DNA of 64,000 nucleotides, from assembly GCA_020629635.1 (NCBI GenBank), contig JAHDCX010000002.1:25591-89590 (forward strand). Direction: 5' to 3'. Source of the stretch: Acidimicrobiales bacterium (GTDB taxonomy: Bacteria > Actinomycetota > Acidimicrobiia > Acidimicrobiales > SHLQ01). Shown here piece by piece: positions 45,257-56,140 of the stretch (positions are counted from its first letter, which is position 1; every line of letters starts with the position of its first letter). Made by a program: the position numbers and the translations under genes. The notes beneath the pieces were generated by a model, which was given only the letters and a program-made list of their open reading frames with translations, was not told the DNA's origin and did not search any database.

Positions 45257-48200
45257 TCAGCGCTGCAAGACCTGCGCAACCGTGTTCCGGAAGCGTTCGA
45301 CATTTGCCAGCTTGATGTCCTCGTAGCCCCGCACCAGGTCGGCGGCATCGGCGATCTCGATCGCTCGATCCAGCGCGTCGGATTGATTGCCGGCGAGCGC
45401 CTCGTCGAGCGCGGCGAGGTACTCGCTGGGCAGGGCACGTTCGACCCTGCGAACCTCGGCACGCCCGAACACGTCTGCACTCGTTCCGCGCAGCTTCTTG
45501 CCTCGAGCGAGGGCGGCAACCGCTGGTGTTGCCCACGAGCCGATCGTGATCTTGCTCTCCATGCCGAGGGCTCGAAGCATCGGCGGGTGCAGCTTCCAGG
45601 CAACGGCGCCGCCTTCGCCGGCGTGGGTGTGTGCCGCCGCGGTGGCCTCGACATCGAGCATGAGGCGTGCGACCTCGTACTCGTCCTTGTATGCCGTGAG
45701 TTTGAAGAGTCCCTCGGCGACGGACTCGAGTAGCCCAGTCGACGCCGGATCGTGCGAGCGTTCCTTTGTTGCGACGTCGGCGAGGTGGGCGAGGAAGACC
45801 TTGGCCGTGTCGTCGTCGCCCCAGGCGACCAGTTCGACGGCGAGACGATCGATCCGTGCCCGGAGTGTGCCCGAGACATTCATCGCGTCGAGTTCGGCGC
45901 CGTATCGTTCGGGCGCTCCCGTCTGCGCGTCGTCATCGGTGGTCGACGTGGCGCGTTCGACGGCGGTCGGATCGTCCACCCACGCGCGACCCCAACGAAA
46001 GGCCGCGACGTTGGCGTCGACGGCCACCCCGTTGAGGCCGATGGCCGCTTCGATCTGGGCGGGGTCGATCGGGAGGGCACCAGCCTGGACCGCCATGCCG
46101 ACGACGAAGATGTTGGCGGTCGTCGCGTTGCCGAAGAGGTCGGTCGTGATCCGCTGCGCGTCGGCCCAGAACTGGTTGGGTGCGGCACGCTCGGCGATGC
46201 GTGCTTCGAGCTCGTCGGCCGACGGCATCGGGATCTCCGGGCTCGTGATCATCGATCCTGTCGGCGTCGTCGAGCTCGAGCCGACGACGATCGTGTGATC
46301 TTCGGCCGTCGAGGCCCGTCCCTTCGCCGACGCGGCGACGAGCTGATCGAACGCGAGCAGAAGATCCGCCTGTGCTTCACCGAGGCGGTTGGTGAACGAC
46401 GGTCCAGACTTCGACAACCGGATGTCGGAGACCACCGGACCGGCCTTCTGAGAGAGCCCGATCTGATCGAGGCCCCGCACGTCGAACCCGTCGAGCATCG
46501 CTGCGGTCCCAAGCACCTGGGCGACGGTGACGACGCCTGTGCCTCCGATTCCGGTGATCCGAAGTGCGAAGTCGTCGGTGTCCACGACGATCGTCGGAGA
46601 CGGCACGGGGGGTGGGGTGGAGACGGGGTCTGTCCCCGGGTCGGACGAAGAGGATGACGGCGTTGGTGCACTCTGTGCGGGGTCTGAACCCGTCGCTCCG
46701 CGGGTGCGCCGGGTGCGGGACAGGGCCCGCATGGCGAGCTTGGCCACCCTCCCCGGCTCTTCGGTCGTCACGGTCATGAATGAGGGGCAGTCGCCCTCGA
46801 GGCAGCTGTAGTCGAGATTGCAGGTGGTCTGATCGATCGTGGTCTTGCGTCCAAATTCGGTGTCGAGCGGCTGCACCGAGAGACAGTTCGAGACCTGACC
46901 GCAGTCGCCGCACCCCTCACAGATCCTGTGGTTGATGAACACGGTCTGATTGGGGGTCTCCACCAGTCCGCGCTTGCGAGCTCGACGGGCTTCGGCGGCG
47001 CACGCCTGGTCGTGGATGAGCACGGTCACTCCAGAGACCTCGGCGAGCGTCTCCTGCGCTTCGAGCAGCCGGGTTCGGTCCCACACCTCGACCTCGCGGG
47101 GCAGATCGAGAGCCTTGGTCCGGCCCGGGTCGTCCGAGGTGATGAGGACCTTGGCGGCGCCGTCGATGAGCAGCGTTCGGGCGATCTGCGCGATCCCGAG
47201 CTGGCCCTCGGGGTCCTGACCACCCGTCATGGCGACGGTCCCGTTGTAGAGCAGCTTGTAGGTGATGTTGACGTCAGCGGCGATCGCGGCGCGGATGGCG
47301 AGTTGGCCGGAGTGGAAGTAGGTGCCGTCGCCGAGGTTCTGGATGAGGTGCGGGGTTTCGACGAAGTCGCTCATCCCGATCCATTGCGTGCCCTCGTTGC
47401 CCATGCACGTGAGGCCGGCGATCTCGCCGACGCGGTCTGGGTCCATCAACAGCGTCATCGTGTGGCACCCGATGCCAGCGCCCACGAGCGACCCATCCGG
47501 CACCTCGGTGCTGCGGTTGTGCGGGCAGCCCGAGCAGAAGAACGGGGTGCGTTCGACACCGAGCGCGATGGGGATGCGCGTGCGTTCCTTGCGCTCCGGG
47601 ACCAGACGATCGCCGAGTCGTTCGGCGAGTCGGCGTCGCAGGATCGGCACGATGCCGTCTGCGTCGAGTGCACCCCAGCTCGGGAACAAGATGCCGCCGA
47701 CCTCGTCCTGCTTGCCGACGACGATCGGGCGGTCCGGCATCGAATAGAGCGCGTCCTTGAGCAGCGATTCGATGTTGGGTTGCTTCTCCTCGACGACCAG
47801 GATCTCGTCGAGACCTTTGGCGAAGCTGCGCATCGTGGCTGGGTTGAACGGCATCGGCATGCCCATCTTGAGCAGCCGAATCCCTGCGGACTCGAGCTCG
47901 GCATCGGTCCGGAGGCCGAGTCGGGACAGTGCTTCGCGAACTTCGCGGTACGTGATGCCCGATGCGATGAGTCCGATCCATCCGTCGGATGGGTCGACCG
48001 TGACGTGGTTGAGCTTGTTCTCCGCTGCGTAGGTGCGGGCCAGTTCGTAGCGCACTTCCACGATCTCCCGCTCGATGTCGACCGTGTGTGGTGTGAGCAG
48101 ATTGCCGTCTGGGACGTGGTGATACGGAATGCCGTCGAGGAGCGGAATCACGGGCCGCACCCGGTCGGGCGAAAGGTCGACGTTGGCGGTCGCATCGGCG

Positions 48201-48817
48201 ACGTCGGCGACGATCTTCAGCGCCGACCAGAGCCCCGTCGCTCGACTGAGGGCGATGGCGTGCCGTCCGAGGTCGAGAGCCTCGCCAGGGTCACCGGGGT
48301 ACAGGAGCGGCATGTGCATGTCGGCCAGGAGACCTGCGGAGCTCGAGGGGACCGTCGAACTCTTGGCGTTCGGGTCGTCGCCCACGATCGCGACGGCGCC
48401 ACCGAGCATCGAGGTCCCGGCGAACACGGCGTGACGGAGTGCATCTGCGGCTCGATCGACACCCGGAGCCTTTCCGTACCAGATCCCGACCACACCATCC
48501 CACAGTGCGTCGGGCCGTCCGCCGGCGAGCTGCGAACCCATCACCGCCGTTGCGCCGTACTCCTCGTTCATGCCGTACTTGAAAACCACGGGAAGCTGCG
48601 GGTCGGTCTTGGCGGCGCGGACGACCGCCTCGCCGTAGCCACCGAGCGGCGAGCCCTGATATCCGCTGACGAAGGCGGCCGTGCGGTGTCCGTTTCTGCG
48701 GTCGGCTCGGAGCTGTTCGAGGGGAAGGCGGGCGAGCGCCTGAATGCCGGTCAAGAAGACCGTCCCGTCGTCGGCGGCGAATCGGTCTTCGAGGCGGTAG
48801 TTCTCGAGCGTGGTCAT
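45257..48817 (-). CDS. Indolepyruvate:ferredoxin oxidoreductase-family protein (fused alpha/beta)
   Basis: Start MTTLENYRLEDRF. TPP-binding GIGCHTM, ferredoxin-like CEGCGDCGQVSNC and CLEGDCPSF, and a C-terminal IorB-like region. 1186 aa. Confidence 0.9.
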   Translation of the reverse strand: MTTLENYRLEDRFAADDGTVFLTGIQALARLPLEQLRADRRNGHRTAAFVSGYQGSPLGGYGEAVVRAAKTDPQLPVVFKYGMNEEYGATAVMGSQLAGGRPDALWDGVVGIWYGKAPGVDRAADALRHAVFAGTSMLGGAVAIVGDDPNAKSSTVPSSSAGLLADMHMPLLYPGDPGEALDLGRHAIALSRATGLWSALKIVADVADATANVDLSPDRVRPVIPLLDGIPYHHVPDGNLLTPHTVDIEREIVEVRYELARTYAAENKLNHVTVDPSDGWIGLIASGITYREVREALSRLGLRTDAELESAGIRLLKMGMPMPFNPATMRSFAKGLDEILVVEEKQPNIESLLKDALYSMPDRPIVVGKQDEVGGILFPSWGALDADGIVPILRRRLAERLGDRLVPERKERTRIPIALGVERTPFFCSGCPHNRSTEVPDGSLVGAGIGCHTMTLLMDPDRVGEIAGLTCMGNEGTQWIGMSDFVETPHLIQNLGDGTYFHSGQLAIRAAIAADVNITYKLLYNGTVAMTGGQDPEGQLGIAQIARTLLIDGAAKVLITSDDPGRTKALDLPREVEVWDRTRLLEAQETLAEVSGVTVLIHDQACAAEARRARKRGLVETPNQTVFINHRICEGCGDCGQVSNCLSVQPLDTEFGRKTTIDQTTCNLDYSCLEGDCPSFMTVTTEEPGRVAKLAMRALSRTRRTRGATGSDPAQSAPTPSSSSSDPGTDPVSTPPPVPSPTIVVDTDDFALRITGIGGTGVVTVAQVLGTAAMLDGFDVRGLDQIGLSQKAGPVVSDIRLSKSGPSFTNRLGEAQADLLLAFDQLVAASAKGRASTAEDHTIVVGSSSTTPTGSMITSPEIPMPSADELEARIAERAAPNQFWADAQRITTDLFGNATTANIFVVGMAVQAGALPIDPAQIEAAIGLNGVAVDANVAAFRWGRAWVDDPTAVERATSTTDDDAQTGAPERYGAELDAMNVSGTLRARIDRLAVELVAWGDDDTAKVFLAHLADVATKERSHDPASTGLLESVAEGLFKLTAYKDEYEVARLMLDVEATAAAHTHAGEGGAVAWKLHPPMLRALGMESKITIGSWATPAVAALARGKKLRGTSADVFGRAEVRRVERALPSEYLAALDEALAGNQSDALDRAIEIADAADLVRGYEDIKLANVERFRNTVAQVLQR

Positions 48818-48931
48818 GGGAAACCTGTCTGTCGTGCGGATTCCGATGCTCGAGTATCGGCAACGTTCGGACCGAAGTCGATCGATTCGAACAAGATTCG
48901 GTCGTGCGGATACCTCGATACACTTCGTTCG

Positions 48932-49462
48932 ATGAGTGACACGGGTCACCCCCCGAAAACCGAACGCCATGCGGGTCCGTCGACACCCGAACCTGTCGGC
49001 GCGATCCGAAGCGACGCAGACCGGGTGCTCTTGGCTGAGCTCCAGCGTGATGCGCGCCAGACCAACCGGGCTCTCGCACGAACTGCGGAATTGGCCCCGT
49101 CCACCACGCTCGCGCGGGTCCGCGAGCTCGAACAGCGCGGGGCCATCTCGGGCTACCACGCACGCGTCGATCTGAGTGCACTCGGACGATCGCTCCAGGC
49201 GCTCGTATTCGTCCGGTTGCAGCCCAAGAGCGACGACATCATCGCGGGCTTCCTCGACCACGTCTGGGCCCTTCCCGAAACGATCGCCGTCAGTTTGATC
49301 ACCGGTATCGAAGACGTCGTCATTCACCTCGCCGTCGGGGATGCGGCTGCGCTGCAATCGGTGCTGCTCAACGAGATCAGCTCGTTCCCCGGAGTGTTTG
49401 ATGAGCGCACATCGCTGCTGTTCGAGCAACGACGAAAGACGGTGATCGACCCGCTCGGATGA
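48932..49462 (+). CDS. Lrp/AsnC-family regulator
   Basis: Last 176 codons of ORF 46928..49462. LLAELQRDARQTNRALARTAELAPSTTLARVRELEQRGAISGY plus a RAM domain. Divergent from the oxidoreductase. Confidence 0.85.
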   Translation: MSDTGHPPKTERHAGPSTPEPVGAIRSDADRVLLAELQRDARQTNRALARTAELAPSTTLARVRELEQRGAISGYHARVDLSALGRSLQALVFVRLQPKSDDIIAGFLDHVWALPETIAVSLITGIEDVVIHLAVGDAAALQSVLLNEISSFPGVFDERTSLLFEQRRKTVIDPLG

Positions 49463-49479
49463 TCATCGGCGGGTCGGGG

Positions 49480-50616
49480 TCACGGAAGGGGAATCTCGGC
49501 CCGCACGGTGGTGCCTCGACCGGGCGCCGGCTTCACCGACACCGTTCCTCCGACGGCGTCGAGGCGCTCCGCCATGAGCCCAAGCCCATGGCCACCAGAC
49601 GAGGGATCCGCGAGTGGGCGCGGCCCGTCTGGATCGAAGCCGCTGCCGTCGTCCTCGATGGACAGCACGACCGCGTCGTTGGTGATGTCGAGCTGCAACG
49701 CAATGTGCGAAGCGCCAGCGTGCTTCTCGATGTTCGCGAGCGCCTCCTGCGCGACGCGGAGCAACACCACGTCGAGGTCGCCGCCGAGCGCAGAGTCATC
49801 GCCGGACGATTCGATGGAGGTCGTCGCGCCGGTCCGTTGGGCCACACGCTCGGCCGCGGCGGCGAGCGCGTCGGTCAGCGAACGGCCATCGAGACTCGCC
49901 GGGCGCAGGGCATCGACGAGCCGCCGGGCCTCGTTCAGGTTCGATCGCGCCGTGTCCTCGATGAGACCGAGACTCCGATCGACCGAGTCGGGTGCGTCGC
50001 CCTGCATCCTCGTCGCCTGCGACAACACGACGATGCTGGTGAACCCCTGGGCGAGCGTGTCGTGGATCTCGGCGGCGAGTCGTTGCCGCTCGTCAAGCGT
50101 GCCTCGCTGGCGCTCTGCGACCGCGAGCTGGGCACGCGTTGCTTCGAGCTCGTCGATGAGGCGTGCCTGTTCGTCGGCCTGGTCCGAGACCCGGGTGACG
50201 AAGAGGTTGATGACGTTGATCAGCCCCCACACCAACCACGGGGTCAGTACCCCGCCGGTCGGCAGGCCCCAGAACAACCACGCCCACGTCCAGAGGACGG
50301 TCACGATCAGCGAGAGTCCAACGGCAACGGGGACCCGGTCGCAGAACGCGAACGTCACCGAGAACACGCCGAACAACATTGCGAAGTACACCGACGACAG
50401 CGAGAGCTGTGCCCCGAGTACGACGTACACCCCGAGCAGCATTGCGACGGTTCGCCACACCGGCATGCGGCCATCCCATCGATGGATGCGATGGATTCCG
50501 TGGAGCCAGACGGCGAGCCCCACGACGAGCGCAAGGCCCGTCGTGAGGCGAGTGCCGTCAGACTCCTCGGAAAGGTGGCTCCCGAACGAGATTGCCGTCG
50601 AGATCCACAGGATCAC
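49480..50616 (-). CDS. Sensor histidine kinase (HisKA_3/NarL-partner type)
   Basis: ERQRLAAEIHDTLAQGFTSIV (H-box), a C-terminal HATPase (GHGLGLMAERL), and about 5 N-terminal TM segments. Confidence 0.85.
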   Translation of the reverse strand: MILWISTAISFGSHLSEESDGTRLTTGLALVVGLAVWLHGIHRIHRWDGRMPVWRTVAMLLGVYVVLGAQLSLSSVYFAMLFGVFSVTFAFCDRVPVAVGLSLIVTVLWTWAWLFWGLPTGGVLTPWLVWGLINVINLFVTRVSDQADEQARLIDELEATRAQLAVAERQRGTLDERQRLAAEIHDTLAQGFTSIVVLSQATRMQGDAPDSVDRSLGLIEDTARSNLNEARRLVDALRPASLDGRSLTDALAAAAERVAQRTGATTSIESSGDDSALGGDLDVVLLRVAQEALANIEKHAGASHIALQLDITNDAVVLSIEDDGSGFDPDGPRPLADPSSGGHGLGLMAERLDAVGGTVSVKPAPGRGTTVRAEIPLP

Positions 50617-50663
50617 CCAGAAGATGCGTCGTTCCCGACGCGTCCGGGTGGTGGGTTGATCGA

Positions 50664-51770
50664 TCAGCCCTTCGCCTCGATGAAGGCGTCGGAGAAGTTC
50701 GTCTCGAAGTCGCCGGTGTCTTCGATCTCTTCGAGCTTCGAGGTGTCGGTCGGGTACACGATCGGGTCATCGAGGACTTCCTGATCGATGAAGGGCACAG
50801 CGGCCTCGTTCGGGCTGGCGTAGTAGTTCCAGTTGGTCAACTGGGCGCCGCGCTCGGCGTCGAGCAGGAAGTTGATGAACGTGTGCGCCGTGCACGGGTG
50901 CGGGGCGTCGTGTGGGATCGCCATGTTGTCGATCCAACGCGTGCCGCCCTCGTCCGGAACGAAGTACGTGTACTGGTCGGGATTGTCGGCATCGAAGAAC
51001 TGGAACAGGAAGTTGCCGCTGTAGCCGTGGGCGACTGCCGAGTCCCCGGTCACGAGCAACTCGTCGTACTGATCCGAGTCGAACGCGGCGACGCGGGCCT
51101 TGGCCTCGTTCACGAGAGCGGTCGCCTCGGAGAGCTCGCCCTCGTCGGTCGTGTTCAGTGAGTAGCCGAGGTACTTCAGCGCAGCGCCCATGGTCTCGCG
51201 AGGGTCGTCGAGGAGCGTCGCGTACGAGCCGTCGAGTCCGTACTGGGTCGCCAGGTCGGCGTCGAAGATCAGGCCCCAGGTGCGTGGCACGTCTTCGCCG
51301 GTGACGGCGAGATCAACGCCGAGGCCGGTGGTTCCCCACTGATAGGGGGCGGTATAGGTGCCCTCAGGGTCGTAGGGGAGGCCCGACGCAAACTCGCTCG
51401 AGAGGTTCTCCAGGTTCGGGATGGCGTCGCGGTTGAGCGCTTGAATGTCGCCGGCCTCGATCATGATCGACACCATGTAGTCCGACGGCACGATGAAGTC
51501 GTACCCGGACCCACCGGCGTTGATGATCGGCTGCATCACCTCGTTGGAGTCGTAGTTGTCCTCGGTGACCTCGACACCGAACTCGGCGGCGAAGGCGTCC
51601 TTCAACTCCGGGTCCATGTATTCGGTCCAGTTGTAGATCGCGAGTGGACCGTCTGTCTGCCCGACCTCACACTCGGCAGCCGAGCTGGCATCGTCGTCTC
51701 CACCGCACGCGGCGGCGACGAGCGCGAGACCGCACAGCAGTCCCAAAAGCTTCTTGGTTCGTCTGGTCAT
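50664..51770 (-). CDS. potD: Spermidine/putrescine ABC transporter substrate-binding lipoprotein
   Basis: MTRRTKKLLGLLCGLALVAAACGG, with SD aggaggg upstream. PotD/PotF-family body. Confidence 0.85.
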   Translation of the reverse strand: MTRRTKKLLGLLCGLALVAAACGGDDDASSAAECEVGQTDGPLAIYNWTEYMDPELKDAFAAEFGVEVTEDNYDSNEVMQPIINAGGSGYDFIVPSDYMVSIMIEAGDIQALNRDAIPNLENLSSEFASGLPYDPEGTYTAPYQWGTTGLGVDLAVTGEDVPRTWGLIFDADLATQYGLDGSYATLLDDPRETMGAALKYLGYSLNTTDEGELSEATALVNEAKARVAAFDSDQYDELLVTGDSAVAHGYSGNFLFQFFDADNPDQYTYFVPDEGGTRWIDNMAIPHDAPHPCTAHTFINFLLDAERGAQLTNWNYYASPNEAAVPFIDQEVLDDPIVYPTDTSKLEEIEDTGDFETNFSDAFIEAKG

Positions 51771-51846
51771 TGCATTTCCCTCCTGATGGCCGCTGACGGC
51801 CGTGGCGGTTGATTCTTTCACTGGTTGTGGGTGGTGGGCGAGCGGG

Positions 51847-52674
51847 TCACGCGACGGGATCGGATCCTCCCCGCGCTCGCTGAGCGAGCAAGGAGAGCAG
51901 CACGAGAGTGATCGACGCGCCGAGCATCACGACGGACACCGCGTTGATGAGCGGGGTCACGCCGCGGCGGATCAGTCCGAAGACGTAGACGGGCAGCGTG
52001 GTCGACCCCGGTCCGGCGACGAACTGGGTGATCACGACGTCGTCGAGCGAAAGGGTCAGCGCCAGAAGCGCGCCGCCAGCGATGCCCGGCATGATCTGCG
52101 GGAAGGTCACGTGACGGAAGGCCTGCCACCGCGTCGCGTACAGATCCTGCGCGGCTTCTTCGAGCGTCTGATTCATGCCGGCAAGACGCGCCCGGACGAC
52201 GATCGACACGAACGAGATGCTGAACGCCACGTGGCTGAGCGTGATCGTCGAGAACCCCTTCGTGACCTGCAGGCCGATGAGGTCGTCGAGGCTCGTGAAG
52301 AAGATGAGCATCATGACGGCCATGGTCACGTCGGGGATGATCACCGGCAGGTAGAGCAATGCGTCGAAGACCCGTTCTCCCCTGAACCGGAAGCGTTCGA
52401 GCGCGAGGGCGGCCATCGTGCCGAGCACGACGGAGATCAACGTCGAGATGATGGCGACCCGCACCGAGACCGACAGCGCACTCTGGACCTCGTCGTTCTC
52501 TCCGAAGTCCCGGTACCAGTCGAGTGTGAAGCCGCCCCACCGGCCGACGATGTTGTCGTCACTGAACGAGAAGAGCACCAACAACAGGATTGGCGCGTAG
52601 AAGAAGAGGTAGACGACGAACGCGTTCAGGCCGAGCGCCGTGTTGGTTGCCCCACGGGGCTTGGCGACGCTCAC
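51847..52674 (-). CDS. potC: Spermidine/putrescine ABC transporter permease
   Basis: GTG start overlaps the potB stop (GTGA). EAAQDLYATRWQAFRHVTFP is a PotC-type EAA loop. Confidence 0.85.
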   Translation of the reverse strand: MSVAKPRGATNTALGLNAFVVYLFFYAPILLLVLFSFSDDNIVGRWGGFTLDWYRDFGENDEVQSALSVSVRVAIISTLISVVLGTMAALALERFRFRGERVFDALLYLPVIIPDVTMAVMMLIFFTSLDDLIGLQVTKGFSTITLSHVAFSISFVSIVVRARLAGMNQTLEEAAQDLYATRWQAFRHVTFPQIMPGIAGGALLALTLSLDDVVITQFVAGPGSTTLPVYVFGLIRRGVTPLINAVSVVMLGASITLVLLSLLAQRARGGSDPVA

Positions 52675-53545
52675 AGGTTCCGTCCTCCGGATCGGAAGTA
52701 CACGAGCGTCGCGCCGAGCATGACCGTCATGAGCACGAAGGAGACGGCGGCGCCGGCCGGCCAGTTCCGGGCCTCGAGGAACTGCGACACGATGTAGCTC
52801 CCGAGCAGCGTCGTCTTCGCTCCGCCGAGAATCTCGGGGGTGACGTACGCGCCCAGGCTCGGCACGAACACGAGGATCGACCCCGCGATCACGCCCGAGC
52901 GTGACAGCGGCCAGAGGACGTGACGGAACGTCTGCCACCCGTTGGCGTAGAGATCGCGGCTCGCCTCGAGGACTCGACCGTCGATCCGCTCGATCGCGGC
53001 GTACAACGGCAGGATCATGAACGGCAGAAAGCCGTACACGAGTCCGATCACGACGGCTGTGGGCGTGAACAGCACCCGTGTTTCGCCGAAGCCGAGAAAC
53101 TCCGTCAGCTGGGAGAACGGGCCGTCGTTGCCGAGCAGCACCCGCCACGCGTAGTTGCGGACGAGGAAGTTCGACCAGAACGGGATCATGACGAACACGA
53201 GCATCACGTTGCGGATCGTGCTCCCCCGGGTCGCGAGGAAATAGGCGAACGGGTAGGCGAGCAGCAGACAGATGAGCGTCGTGAGGATGGCCAGGCCGAG
53301 CGAGCGGAACAGGATCGTGCGCACGATCGGCTCACCGAGCCGGGCGTAGGAGTCGAGGTTCCAGCCGGAGAGGTCGGTGCCGCCGAACCGGTTGCGGGTG
53401 GCGAACGAATAGAGGACCACGATCAGCAGCGGGAATGCGAAGAAGACAATGAGGTAGAGGTACGACGGCAACGCGAGCAGCAGTCCGCGACGCCGCTTCT
53501 GCTTTTCGTTCGCCGCCTCGAACTCCGGAGTGGCGAGCGCCGTCA

Positions 53546-53546
<1 letters not shown>
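52671..53546 (-). CDS. potB: Spermidine/putrescine ABC transporter permease
   Basis: Start MTALATPEF. EASRDLYANGWQTFRHVLWP EAA loop. Confidence 0.85.
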
Positions 53547-54610
<1,064 letters not shown>

Positions 54611-54636
54611 GACCCATGCTCCCGCGTCGTCTGCCG

Positions 54637-54655
54637 CGCGGCCAACTGGGCCGCG
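54637..54655. terminator. Stem-loop between the GH10 gene and potA
   Basis: cgcggcc-aactg-ggccgcg, immediately after the GH10 stop. No U-tract. Confidence 0.25.
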
Positions 54656-56140
54656 TCAGCGCGAACGAAGGTCGATGTGTTCGATTTCGACGCCGACGCC
54701 GCCGTCAACGATGACCCAGACGGTGAACTCGCCGTCGACCGGCGTCATTGTGCCCTCGGTGCGGAGTCGATCCCCGTCCTTCTGGTCGAGCGTGACCGAG
54801 GCGATCTCCTCGCCGTCCGGGCCGCCAGTCGTGATGGTGACGGTCACTTCTGACCCAGCGCCCGAGTGATGAATCGTGACGAACTCTTGGAGGGGCGTCA
54901 ACGTCACGTCATCGAAGCGCAACTCTGCACGATCGCTCGCGATGACGACTGCCTCGGTACCGGCTTCGGCCCCAATCGCAGAGTCTGCGGTCTCCACGTG
55001 GAGCCGCACTCGGCCTCGATCAGGAATCCGCGGCGGTGGTGGAGGCTCTGGGATCAGGCAATCTGATTGGGCGGCGACGTAACACCTCAACCAGGTGAGA
55101 GCTGGACGTTCTTCCACTGCCCGCGAAACGAGGAAGGCATCTGGGCGCCAGATCAGCCCCTCTCGGTAGCCCCATAGCGTCACGCCGTCGACACTCGGAT
55201 GTTCCCAGAACACGGTGAACAACTCCGCGAAGCGCTTGCCGTGCTCGAGGTCGTCGGCAACGTCGACGTCGAGTTCGGAAACGAAGATGGGAAGCTGTCG
55301 TTCGGCCAGCCGGTCGAGGTTGGCTTCAACTCGCTCGAGCGGGGCGGTTTCGAGGAAGTGGGCCTGAATCCCGATCCCGTCGAGAAGATCGCGCTCGACG
55401 AGCAGATCGACGAGCTCGAGGTACTGCGATGTCGCACCCGTGTCGCCCACGATGTTGAAGTCGTTGATCAGCAGAACCGCATCTGGGAACCGCTCGCGCG
55501 CCATCTCGTACGAGGTGATCACCCAGTCCCAGCCGGTCTCGCCGGCTCCTCCCAACGCCTCGGTGTACGTCGGAGGGTGGTGCAGCGGTTCGTTGACGAC
55601 GTCGATCTCGTCGAGATCGGGGTATCGCTCGGCGACGAGGTCGTACCACTCTTCGATTTCAGCGAGTTGCTCGGGCGCGGTGAGATCGTCCATCCACGGG
55701 GGTTGTTGCTGACCCCAGACCAGCGTGTGGAACTTGTACGGCAGACCGTTTTCCTTGGCGAACGCATAGGACGCGTCGAGGGTGTCCCAGTTCATCGAAT
55801 CCTTCGGGAACTCGACTTCGCCCCACTTGCCGGCGTTCTCGGCGGTGACCTGGTTCCACAAGGACAACCAGTCCGGGTCGGTGGAAACGGCGTCGGAGTA
55901 GATGTTGCCGAGGTAGGTGTCTCCGACAGGATCGAGCGAGCCGATCGATGCCACCGTCGGCCGCTCGACGTCGGTCGTGACGGCGGCGTCAACGGGCGTG
56001 ACCGGCGCCGAGTCCGGCGATTCCGCATCGACGGCTTCGGCCGGGTCCGCACCGCTGCCACACGAGCCGAGCAAGACGGCGAGGGCACCGCAAGCCAGAA
56101 CTTGCGGCCATCGACGCCAGAAGTCACCGTTCTGCGTCAT
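54656..56140 (-). CDS. GH10 endo-1,4-beta-xylanase lipoprotein with C-terminal beta-sandwich (CBM-like) domain
   Basis: Lipobox LLGSCGSG. YKFHTLVWGQQQP, DVVNEPL (acid/base Glu), FVSELDVD (nucleophile Glu). Confidence 0.85.
   Translation of the reverse strand: MTQNGDFWRRWPQVLACGALAVLLGSCGSGADPAEAVDAESPDSAPVTPVDAAVTTDVERPTVASIGSLDPVGDTYLGNIYSDAVSTDPDWLSLWNQVTAENAGKWGEVEFPKDSMNWDTLDASYAFAKENGLPYKFHTLVWGQQQPPWMDDLTAPEQLAEIEEWYDLVAERYPDLDEIDVVNEPLHHPPTYTEALGGAGETGWDWVITSYEMARERFPDAVLLINDFNIVGDTGATSQYLELVDLLVERDLLDGIGIQAHFLETAPLERVEANLDRLAERQLPIFVSELDVDVADDLEHGKRFAELFTVFWEHPSVDGVTLWGYREGLIWRPDAFLVSRAVEERPALTWLRCYVAAQSDCLIPEPPPPPRIPDRGRVRLHVETADSAIGAEAGTEAVVIASDRAELRFDDVTLTPLQEFVTIHHSGAGSEVTVTITTGGPDGEEIASVTLDQKDGDRLRTEGTMTPVDGEFTVWVIVDGGVGVEIEHIDLRSR

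Noticed and set aside
45124-45879. The 285-aa minus-strand ORF 45022..45879 as a real protein.
   Set aside because: Most of it overlaps the 3' end of the oxidoreductase gene in another frame and has junk composition. Only its last 33 codons, which have their own SD and ATG, look like a possible gene.
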